From NCBI RefSeq assembly GCF_009914755.1, contig NC_060937.1: a stretch of DNA of 64,000 nt, one strand, 5' to 3'. This document shows, one piece after another, positions 24,468 to 36,000 of this stretch. Both the position numbers and the translations under genes were made by a program. The stretch's first letter is position 1. Every line of letters begins with the position of its first letter. A model generated the notes under the pieces. That model ran no database searches. It was not told where the DNA came from and was given only the letters and a program-made list of their open reading frames with translations. Source of the stretch: the human T2T-CHM13v2.0 reference genome, Homo sapiens.

Positions 24468-27400
24468 TTGGAGCACTTTGAGGCCTATGGTGGAAAAGGA
24501 AATATCTTCACATAATACCTAGACAGAAGCAGTCTGAGAAACTTCTTTGTGATGTGTGCGGTCTTCTCACAGAGTTGAACCTTTCTTTTTATTGAGCAGT
24601 TTGGAAACTCTTTTTGTAGAATCTGCAAGTGGACATTTGGAGCGATTTGAGGCATATGTTGAAAAAAAATCTTCACATGAAAACTAGACAGAAGCGTTCT
24701 GCAAACTTCTTTGTGATATGTGCATTCATCTCAAATAATTTAACCTTTATTTGATTCAGCAGCTTTGAAACTCCCTTTTTGTATTATCTGCAAGTGGACA
24801 TTTGGAGTGCTTTGAGGCATATGATGGAAAAGGAAATATCTTCAAAAAAGCTAGACAGAAGCATTCTGACAAATTTCTTTGTGATGTGTGCATTCATCTC
24901 ACAGGTTTGAACCTTTCATTTGATTGAACGGCTTTGAAAAACTTTGTACAATCTGCATGTGGAAATTTGGAGCACTTTGAATCCTATGGTGGAAAAGGAA
25001 GTATCTTCATATAAAAACTATACAGAAACATTCTGACAAACTTCTTTCTGATGTGTGAATTTATCTCACAGATTTGAACGTTTCTTTTCATTGAGCAGTT
25101 TTGAAACACTCTTTTTGTAGAATCTGCAAGTGGATATTTGGAGAGTTTTCAGGCCTACGGTGGAAAAGGAAATATCTTCACATAAAAACTAAACAGAAGC
25201 ATTCTGAGAAACTTCTTTGTGATGTATGCATTCACCTCACAGTGTTGAAATTTTATTTTGATTGAGCAGTTTCAAAACACTCTTTTTGTAGAATCTGCAA
25301 GTGGACATTTATGAGCACTGTGAGGCCTAATGTGGAAAAGGAAACATCTTCACATTAAAACTAGACAGAATAATTCTGACCAACTTCTTTTGGATGTGTG
25401 CATCTATCTTCCAGATGTGAACCTTACTTTCGATTGAGCAGTTCTGAAACACTCTTTTTGTAGAATCTTCAAGTGGAAATTTGGAGCGCTTTGCAGGCTA
25501 TGGTGGAAAAGGAAACATTTTCACATAAAAACTAGACAGAATCATTCTGACAAACTTCTTTGGGATGTGTGCATTCATCTGACAGAGTTGGAACTTTCTT
25601 TTGATTGAACAGTTTTGAAACACGTTTTGTAGAATTTGCAGGAGGACATTTGGAGTGTTTTGAGGCCTATGGTGGAAAAGAAAATATCTTCACTTAAGTG
25701 CTAAACAGAAGCATTCTGAGAACCTTCTTTGTGATGTGTGCATTCATCTCACCGAATTTAACCTTACTTTTGATTGAGCTGTTTTGAAACACTCTTGTAG
25801 AATCTGCAATAGGACATTTGGAGCGCTTTGTGGACTATGGTGGAAAAGGAAATAACTTCACATAAAAACTAGACAGAATCATTCTGAGAAAATTCTTTGT
25901 GATATGTGAATTCATCTTAGAGAGTTGAACCTTTCTTTTGAGCAGTTTTGAAAAACTTATTTGTAGAATCTATAATTGGTCATTTGCAGCACTTTGAGGC
26001 CTATGGTGGAAAAGGAAATATCTTCACATAAAAACTAGACAGAAGCATTCTGAGAATCTTCTTTATGATGTGTGCACTCACCTCACAGATTCGAACCTTT
26101 CTTTTGGTTGAGCAGTTTGGAAACACTCTTTTTGTAGAATCTGCAAGTGGATATTTGGAGTGCTATACTGCCTAAAGTGGAAAAGAAAATATCTTCACAT
26201 AAAAACTAGACAGAAGCATTCTGAGCAACTCCTTTCACATGTGTGCATTCACGTGACAGAGTTGAAATTTTCTTATGATTGAGCAGTTTTGAAACATTCT
26301 TTTTGAGAATCTGCAAGTGGATATTGGGAGAAATTTGAGGCCTGTTTTGGAAAAGGAAATATCTTCACATAAAAACTAGACAGAAGCATTCTGAGAAAAT
26401 TATTTGTGATGTGTCCATGCATGTCACAGGTTTGGAGATTTTTCCATTGAGCAGTTTTGAAATACTCTTTTTGTAGAATCTACAAGTGGATATTTTGGGA
26501 GCTTTGAGGCCTATGGTAGAAAAGGAAATATCTTCACATAAAACAAGACAGAAGAATTCTGAGAAACTTTTTTGTAAGGTGGGCATTCATCTCACAGGGT
26601 TGAACCTTTCTTTTGATTGAGCAGTTTTAAACACTCTATTTGTAGAATCTGCATTTGGACATTTGGAGTGCTTTGCGGCCTATGGTAGTGAAAGAAATAC
26701 CTTCACATAAAATCTAGAGAGAAGCAATCTGAGAAACTTCTTTTTGATTTGTGTATTCATCTCACAGTGTTAAACCTTTCCTGTGATTGAACAGTTTGAA
26801 ACTCTCTTTTTGTAGAATCTGATAGTGGACATTTGGAGCACTTTGAGGACAATGGTGGAAAAGGAAATATCTTTACATAAAAACTAGACTGAAGATTTGT
26901 GAGAAACTTCATTGTGATGTGTACGTTCATCTCACAAAGGTGAACCTTTATTTTGAGTGAGCAGTTTGGAAACACGGTTTATGTAAAATCTGCAAGTAGA
27001 TATTTGGAGCGCTTTGCGTCCTATGTTATAAAATGAAATACCATCACATAAAATCTTGACAGAAGCAATCTGAGAAATTTCTTTGCGATGTGTGCATTCA
27101 TATCAAAGAGTTAAACCTTTGTTTTGATTGAACAGTTTTAAAACTCTCTTTTTGTAGAACCTGCAATTGGACACTTTTAGCGCTTTGAGGCCTATGGTGG
27201 AATAGGAAACGTCTTCACATAAAAACTACACAGAAGAATTCTGAGAAATTTCTTTGGGATACGTGCGTTCATCTTACAGAGTTTAATCTTTCTTTTGATT
27301 GAGCAGTTTGGAAACACTTTTTGTAGAATCTACAAGTAGATATTTGCAGCGCTTTGAGGGCTGTGGTAGAAAAGGAAGTATCTTCACATAAAATCTAGAC

Positions 27401-27972
27401 AGAAGCAATCTGAGAAACTTCTTTTTGATGTGTGCATTCATCTCACAGAGTTAAAACTTTCTTTTGATTGAGTAGTTTAAAATTCTCTTTTTGTAGAATC
27501 TGCAAGTGGACTTTTGGAGCACTTTGAGGCCTATGGTGGAAAAGGAAATATCCTCACATAGAAACTAGATAGAAGAATTCTGAGAAACTTCATTGTGTTG
27601 TCTGTGTTTATCTCACAGAGTTGAAAATTTCTTTTGATTGAGCAGTTTGAAAACTCTCTTTTTGTAGAATCTGCAAGTGGACATTTGAAGGGCTTTGCAT
27701 CCTTTGGTACAAAAGGAAATACCTTCACATAAATTCTAGACGGAAGCAATCTGAGAAACTTTTATTGTGATTTGTGCATTCACTTCACAGAGTTAAAACT
27801 TTCTTTTGATTGAGCAGTTTGAAACTCTGTTTTTGTAGAATCCGCAAGTGGACATTTGGAGCGCTTTGAGGCCTATGGTGGAAAAGGAAATATCTTCACA
27901 GGAAAACTAGATAGAAGTATTCTGAGAAACTTCTTTGTGATGTATGCAGTCATATCTCAGAGTTGAACCTTT
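24468..27972 (+). repeat. Alpha satellite, diverged non-HOR ~171-bp monomers (ALR consensus orientation)
   Basis: Tandem cattctgagaaacttctttgtgatgtgtgcattc...gaggcctatggtggaaaaggaaatatcttcacataaaaactagacagaag units. A-type (pJalpha) box ctatggtggaaaaggaa; no CENP-B box seen. Confidence 0.97.
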
Positions 27973-28179
27973 TTTTTTTGCCTTTCATTTTGTATACTTT
28001 ATTTATTTTTTAATTTTTAATTTTGGTGGGTACTTAGTAGATATATATATTTATGGATATATGAGATGTTTTGATACAGGCATGCAGGGCATAACAATCA
28101 CAGCATGGAAAATAGACTATCCATTCCCTCAAGTATTTATTATCCTTTGTGTTACAAACATCCAATTATACTCTTCTAG
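27973..28179 (-). mobile_element. SVA 3' transduction (~200 bp) carrying an old L1MA 3'-end fragment and a second poly(A)
   Basis: Non-alpha, non-SVA sequence lies between the SVA's own tail (~28180-28214) and an outer poly-T (27970-27979). About 28000-28180 (ggtgggtacttagtagatatatatatttatgg...tcctttgtgttacaaacatccaattatactc) matches the L1MA 3' UTR as I recall it. AATAAA on the minus strand (tttatt 27998-28007) sits ~20 nt from the outer tail. Confidence 0.8.
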
Positions 28180-30002
28180 TTTTTGTTTTTGTTGTTTTTT
28201 TTTTCTTTTTCTTTTTTATTGATCATTCTTGAGTGTTTCTTGCAGAGGGGGATTTGGCAAGGTCACAGGACAATAGTGGAGGGAGGTCAGCAGATAAACA
28301 AGTGAAAAAAGGTCTCTGGTTTTCCTAGGCAGAGGACCCTGGGGCCTTCCTCAGTGTTTGTGTCTCTGGGTACTTGAGATTAGGGAGTGGTGATGACTCT
28401 TAATGAGCATGCTGCCTTCAAGCATCTGTTTAACAAAGCACATCTTGCACCGCACTTAATCCATTTAACCCTGAGTGGACACAGCACATGTTTCAGAGAG
28501 CACCAGGTTGGGGGTAAGGTCGTAGATCAACAGCATCCCAAGGCAGAAGAATTTTTCTTAGTACAGAACAAAATGGAGTCTCCTATGTCTACTTCTTTCC
28601 ACACAGACACAGCAACAATCTGATTTCTCTATCTTTTCCCCACATTTCCCCCTTTTCTATTTGACAAAACCACCATCGTCATCATGGCCCGTTCTCAATG
28701 AGCTGTTGGGTACACCTCCCAGATGGGGTGGCGGCCGGGCAGAGGGTCTCCTCACTTCCCAGAAGGGGTGGCCAGGCAGAGGCGCCCCCCACCCCCCAGA
28801 CAGGGCGGCTGACTGGGCGTGGGCTGCTCCCCACCTCCCTCCCTGCCGGGGTGGCTGGCCGGGCGGGGGCTGCCCCCCAACTCCCTCCCAGATGGGGCGG
28901 CTGGCCGGGAAGGGGCTGCCCCCCACCTACCTCCCAGATGGGGTGGCTGGCCGGGCAGGGGCTGCCCCCTGCCTTCCTCCTGGATGGGGCAGCTGGCCGG
29001 GGGGGGGGCTGCCTGCCATCTTCCTCCTGGACGGGGTGGCTTGACTGGTGGGGGTTGCCCCCCACCTCCCTCCTGGATGGGGTGGCTGCCAGGCGGAGAC
29101 ACTCCTCACTTCCCAGATGGGGTGGCTGCCGGGCAGAGGGGCTCATCACTTCTCAGATGGGGCAGCTGCTGGGCAGAGGGGCTCCTCACTTCTCAGATGG
29201 GGCGGCTGCTGGGCAGAGGGGCTCCTCACTTCTCAGACTGGGCAGCCGGGCAGAGACACTCCTCACCTCCCAGACAGGGTTGTGGCTGGGTAGAGGCACT
29301 CCTCACATCCCAGATGGAGTGGCCGGGCAGAGGCGCTCCCCACATCTCAGACGATGGGCGGCCGGGCAGAGACCCTCCTCACTTCCTAGATGGGATGGCG
29401 ACCGGGAAGAGGTGCTCTTCACTTCCCAGACTGGGCAGCCGGGCTGAGGGGCTCCACACATCCCAGATGATGGGCGGCCAGGCAGAGACGCTCCTCACTT
29501 CCCAGATGGGGTGGCGGCTGGGCAGAGACTGCAATCTTGGCACTTTGGGAGGCCAAGGCTGGCGGCTGGGAGGTGGAGGTTGTAGCGAGCTGAGATCAGG
29601 CCACTGCACTCCAGCCTGGGCAACATTGAGCACTGAGTGAACGAGACTCCATCTGCAATCCTGGCACCTTGGGAGGCTGAGGCTGGCAGATCACTCGCGG
29701 TTAGGAGCTGGAGACCAGCCCAGCCAACACAGTGAAACCCTGTCTCCACCAAAAAAATACGAAAATCAGTCAGGCATGGTGACACATGCCTGCAATCGCA
29801 GGCACTCAGCAGGCTGAGGCAGGAGAATCAGGCAGGGAGGTTGCAGTGAGCAGAGATGGCAGCAGTACAGTCCAGCTTCGGCTCAGCATCAGAGGGAGAC
29901 AGTGGAAAGAGAGGGAGAGGGAGACCGTGGGGAGAGGGAGAGGGAGACCGTGAGGAGAGGGAGAGGGAGAGGGAGAGGGAGAGGGAGAGGGAGAGGGAGA
30001 AC
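28180..30002 (-). mobile_element. Full-length SVA retrotransposon (older SVA_B/C-like)
   Basis: Minus-strand order: (CCCTCT)n hexamers ~29900-30000, Alu-like domain ~29520-29890, GC-rich VNTR ~28720-29520, SINE-R ~28215-28720 with AATAAA (tttatt 28215-28220), and T-rich tail. TSD core tgaaccttt at 27964-27972 and 30003-30011 brackets the SVA plus transduction. The SINE-R variant aaaatggagtctcctatg...aacaatctgatttctctatc suggests a pre-SVA_D subfamily (from recalled consensus). Confidence 0.95.
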
Positions 30003-33000
30003 TGAACCTTTCTTTTGAAGGACGAGTTTTGAAATACTCTTTTTGAAGAATCTGCAATTGGACATTTCGAGATCCTTGAGGCATGTGGTGGAAAAGGAAA
30101 TATCTTCGCATAAAAACTAGGCAGAAAACTTCTGAGAAACTTCTTTGTGATTTGTGCATTCATCTCACAGAGGTAAACGTTTCTTTTGATTGAGCAGTTT
30201 GGAAACACTCTTTTTGTAGAATCTACAAGTGGACATTTGGAGCGCTTTGCAGCCTATGGTAGAAAAGGAAATATCTTCACATAAAATCTAGACAGTAGCA
30301 ATCTGAGGAACCCCTTTGTTATGTGTGCATTCATCTCCCAGAGATAAACCTTTCTTTTGATTGAGCAGTTTTGAAACTCTTTTTGTAAAATCTGCAAGTG
30401 GACATTTTGAGCACTTTGAGGCCAAAGGTGGAAAAGGAAATATCTTCACATAAAAACTAGAGAAAAGAATTTTGAGAAACTTGTTTGTGATGAGTGGGTT
30501 CAACTCATGGCGTTGAACCTTCCTTTTGATTGGGCAGTTTTGAAAATCTCTTTTTGTAGAATCTGCAAGTGGACATTTGGAGTCCTTTGCAGCCAATGGT
30601 AGGAAAGAAATATCTTCATATAAAATCTAGACAGAAGCAATCTGAGAAATTTCTTTCTGATGTGTTCCTTCCTCTTACAGAGTTAAAGCTTTTTTTTTTT
30701 GAATGAGCAGTATTGAAACTCTCTTTTTGTAGTATCTACAAGTGGACATTTGGAGCTTTTTGAGGCCTATTTTGGAAAAGGTAATATCTTCACATAAAAA
30801 CTAGACAGAAGAATTCTGACAAAGTTCTTGGCGATGTGTGCATTCGGTCTCACAGATTTCAACCTTTCTTTTGATTGAGCAGTTTGGAAACAGTCTTTTT
30901 GTAGAATTTGCAAGTGGAGATTTGGAGCTCTTTGCGGCCTATGGTAGAAAAGGAAATAACTTCACATAAAATCTAGACAGAAGCAATCTGAGAAACTTCC
31001 TTGTGATGTGTTCATTTATCTCACATAATTAAACCTTTCTTTGGATTGAGCAGTTTTGAAACTCTCTTTTTGTAGAATCTGTAATTGGACATTTGGAGCA
31101 CTTTGAAGTCTATGGTGAAAAAGGAAATATCTTCACATGAAAACCAGATAGAAGCATTCTGAGAAACTTTTTTGTGATGTGTGCATTCATATCTCAGAGT
31201 TGAAGGTTTCTTTTAAATGACCAGTTTTGAAATCCTCTTTTTGAAGTATCTGCAAGTCGACATTTCGAGCACCTTGAGGCGTATGGTGGAAAAGGAAATA
31301 TCTTCACATAAAATCTAGACAGAAGCAATCTGAGAAACTTCCTTGAGATGTGTTCATTTATCTCACAGTGTTAAACCTTTCTTTTGATTGAGCAGTTTTG
31401 AAAATCTCTTTTTGTGGGATCTGCAAGAGGACATTTGAAGCTCTTTGAAGCCTATGGTGGAAAAGGAGATATCTTCACATAAAAACCGGATAGAAGCATT
31501 CTGAGAAACTTCTTTGAGATGTGTGTATTCATCTCCCAGTGTTGAACATTTCTTTTGATTGGACAGTTTTGAAACTCTTTTTGTAGAATATGTAAGAGGA
31601 TATTTGGAGAGCTTAGAAGTCAATGGTTGAAATGGAAATAACTTCACATAATAACTACACAGAAGCATTCTAAGGAACTTGTTTGGGATTTGTGCATTCA
31701 TCTCACATAGTTGAACCTATCTTTTGATAGAGCAGTTTGGTAACTCTCTTTTTGTGGTATCTGCAACTGGATAATTGGAGCCCTTTGCAGCCAATGTTGG
31801 AAAAGGGAACATCCTCACATAAAAACTACACAGAAGTATTCTGAGAAACTTCTTTGTGATGTGTGTATTCATCTCACAGAGGTGAATATTTCATTTGATT
31901 GAGCAGTTTTCAAACACTCTTTTTGTAGAATCTGCAAGTGTATAATTGGAGCGCTTTGAGGCCTATTGTTGAAAAGGAAATATCTTCACATAAAAAGTAC
32001 ACAGGAGCATTCTCAGGAACTTCTTTTTGATGTGAGCATTCATCTCACAGTATTGAAACTTTCATTATATTGAGCAGTTTGGAAACACTCTTTTAATAGA
32101 ATCTGCAAGTGGATATTTGGAGCCCTTGGAGGCCTATTGGGGAAAAGGAAATATCTTCTCATAAAAACTACACAGAAGCATTCTGAGAAACTGCTTTTTG
32201 ATGTGTGCATTCAAACCACATAGTTGAATTTATCTTTTGATAGAGCAGTTTTGAAACTCTCTTTTTGTAGAATCTGCAAGGGGATATTTGGAGCTCTTTG
32301 TGGCCTATTGTGGAAAAGGAAATAACTTCACAGAAAAATTACACAGAAGCATTCTCAAAAACCTCTTTGTTTTGTGTGCATTCATCTCTCAGAGTTGAAC
32401 TTTTCTTTTGATAGAGCAGTTCTGAAAATCTTTTTGTAGGATCTGCAAGTGGATAATTGGAGAGCCTTGAAGTGTATGGTGGAAATTGAAATATCTTCAC
32501 ATAAAAAATACACAGAAGCATTCTGAGAAATTTGTTTGGGATGTGTGCATTTATCTCACAGAGTTGAACCTATCTTTTGATAGAGCAGTTTTGAAACTCT
32601 CTTTTTGTAGAATCTGCAAGGGGATATTTGGAGCCCTTTGAGGCCTATGGTGGAAAAGGAAATATCTTTATATAAAAACTACACAGAAGCATTCTGAGAA
32701 ACTTCTTTGGGTTGTGTGCATTCTTCTCACAGAGGTGAAACTTTCATTTGATTGAGCAGTTTTCAAACACTCTTTCTGTGGAATCTGCAAGGATATAATT
32801 GGAGTGCTGTGAGGCCTATTGTGGAAAAGGAAACATCTTCACATAAAAACTACACAGAAGCATTATCAGAAACTTCTCTGAGATGTGTGTATTCATCTCA
32901 CAGTGTTGAAAATTTCTTTTGATTGAGCAGTTTGGAAGCAATCTTTTTGTAGAATCTGCAAGTGGATATTTGGAGCCCTTGGAGGCCTAACGTGGAAAAG

Positions 33001-36000
33001 GAAATATCTTCACATAAAAACTACATAGAAGCATTCTGAAAAACTTCTTTGTGATGTGTGCATTCGTCTCACAGAGTTGAAACTTCCTTTTGATTGAGTA
33101 ATTTTGAATCTCTCTTTTTGTAGAATCTGCAAGTGCATATTTAGAGGACTTGGAGGCATATGGGGGAAAAGGTAATATCTTCACAAAAAAATAAGCAGAA
33201 GCATTCTGAGAAACTTCTTTGTGATGTGTGTATTCATCTCACAGAGTTGAAACTATCTTTTGATAGGGCAGTTTTGAAACTCTCTTTTTGTAGAATCTGC
33301 AAGGGGATATTTGGAGCCCTTGTGACCCATGGTGGAAAAAGAAATATTTTAACAAAAAAACTGCATGGAAGCATTCTGAGAAACTTCCTTGTGATGTGTG
33401 TTTTCATCTCACAAAGTTGAACCTTTCTTTTGATTGAGCAGTTTGGAAACACTCTTTTCATAGAATCTGCACGTGGATATTTGGAGGGCATTTTGGCCAA
33501 TGGTGGAAAAGGAAATATCTTCACATAAAAACTACAGAGAATTACTCTGATAAACTGCTTTTGATGTGTGCATTCAATTCAGAGTTGAACCTATCTTTTG
33601 TTAGAGGAGTTTTGAAACTGTTTTTTTTTGGAGTCTTCATGTGGATATTTGGAGCCCTTTGAGGCCTATGGTGGAAAAGGAAATATCTTCTCATAAAAAG
33701 TACACAGAAGCATTCTGAGAAACTTCTTTGTCATGTGTGCATTTAGCTCACATATTTGAACCTTTCATTTGATTGAGGAGTTTTGAAACACTCTTTTTGT
33801 AGAATCTGCAAGTGGATATTTGCAGGGCTTTGGGGACTTTTGTAGAAAAGGAAACATACTCACATAAAAATTAACAGAAGTGTTCTCAGAAACTTCTCTG
33901 TGATGTGTGCATTCATCTCACAGAGTTGAACCTTTCTTTTAATTGAGTAGTTTTGAAACACTCCTTTTGTAGAATCTGCAAGTGGATATTTGGTGTGCTT
34001 AGAGGCCTATGGTGGAAAAGGAAATAGCTTCACATAAAAACAACATGGAAATATTCTGAGAAACTTCGTTGTGATGTGTGTATTCATCTCACAGAGTGGA
34101 ACCTTTCTTTTGATTGAGTAGTTTTGAAACTTTCTTTGTGTAAATTCTGCATGTGGTTATTTGGAGCCCTTTGTGGCCAATGGACGAAAAGGAAATATGT
34201 ACCCCTAAAAACTACACAGAAGCATTCTGAGAAACTTCTTTGTTTTGTATGCATTCATCTCATGGTGTTAAAGTTTCTATTGTTTGAGCAGTTTTGAGAC
34301 ACTCTTTTCGCAGAATCTGCAAGTGGATATATGGAGCGCTCTGAGGCCTATGGTGGAAAGGAATATACCTTCACATAAAAACTACACAGAAGGATTCTGA
34401 GAAACTTCTTTGTGATGTGTGCATTCAACTTGCAAAGTTGAACTTATCTTTTCATATAGCAGTTTTGAAACAGTCTTTTTGTAGAATCTGTGTGTGATTA
34501 TTTGCAGCCCTTTGTGGCCAATGGTGGAAAAGGAAATGTCTTTCTCTAAAAACTACACAGAAACATTCTGAGAAACTTTTTTGTGATGTGTATATTCAGC
34601 TCACAGAGTTGAACCTTTCATTTGATTGAGTAGTTTTGAAACACTCTTTTTGTAGAATCTGCAATTGGAAATTTGGAGCGCTTTGTCACCTAATGTGGAA
34701 AAGGTAATATCTTCACATACAAACTACACAGAAGATTCTGAGACACTTCTTTGTTTTGTGTGCATTCATCTGACAGAGTTGAACCTATCTTTTTTTTGAG
34801 CAGTTTTGAAACTCTCTTTTTGTAGAATCTGCAAGTGGATATTTGGAGCCCTTTGTGGTCTATGGTGGAAAAGGATATATCTTCACACAAAAACTACACA
34901 GATGCATTTTGAGAAACTTTGTTGTGATTTGTGCATTCATCTCACAGAGTTGAAACTTTCTTCTGATTGAGCAGTTTGGAAACACTCTTTTCATGGAATC
35001 TTCAAGTGGATATTTGGAGCACTTTGAAGTCTATTGTGGAAAATGAAATATCTTAACATAAAAACTACAGAGAAGCATTCTGAGAAACTTCTTTGTGATG
35101 TGTGCATTCAAATCACAGAGTAATATGTCTTTTGATAGAGCAGTTTTGAAACTGTCTTTATGTAAAATGTGCAAGTGGATATTTGGAGCCCTTTTTGGCC
35201 AATGGTGGAAAAGGAAATATCTTTCCCTAAAACTACACAAAGCATGCTTAGAAACTTCTTTGTGATGTGTGCACTCATCTCACACAGTTGAACCATTCTT
35301 TTGATTGAGCAGTTTGGGAAAATTCTTTCAGTAGAAATGCAAGTGAACATTTGGAGCCCTTGGAGCCCTATTGTATAAAAGTAAATACCTTCACTTAAAA
35401 ACTACACAGAATCATTCTGAGAAACTTCTTTGTGATGTGTGCATTTCCTCACAGAGTTGATACTTTCTTTTGATTGAGCAGTTTTAAAACACTCTTTTTG
35501 TAGAATCTGGAAGTGTATAGTTGGTGCACTTAGAGGCCTATGGTGGAAAAGGGAATATCTTCACATAAAAACAACACAGAAGCATTCTGAGAAACTTCGT
35601 TCTGATGTGTGCATTCATCTCACAGAGTTGAATCTTTCTTTTGATTGAGCAGTTTTGGAACTTTCTTTTTGTAAAATCTGCATGTGGTTGCTTGGAGCCC
35701 TTTGTGGCCAATGGAGGAAAAGGAAATATGTTCCCCTAAAAACTACACAGAAGTATTCTGGGAAAATTCTTTGTAATGTGTGCATTCATCTCACAGTGTT
35801 AAATTTTGTATTGTTTGAACAGATTTGAGACACTTTTTTCACAGAATCTGCAAGTGGATATATGGAGCGCTTTGAGGCCTATGGTGGAAAGGGATATATC
35901 TTCACATAAAAACTACACAGAAGGATTCCGAGAAATTTCTTTGTGATGTGTGCATTCAACTCGCAGCATTTTACCGATCTTTTGATATAGCAGTTTTGAA

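Noticed and set aside
28000-28180. Independent L1MA insertion into alpha satellite
   Set aside because: It lies inside the SVA's TSD and between two poly(A) tails, so it is better explained as an SVA 3' transduction.
28657-30208. GC-rich ORFs up to 273 aa and an apparent CpG-island or promoter-like region
   Set aside because: These are the SVA VNTR, Alu-like and hexamer domains, not a host gene.
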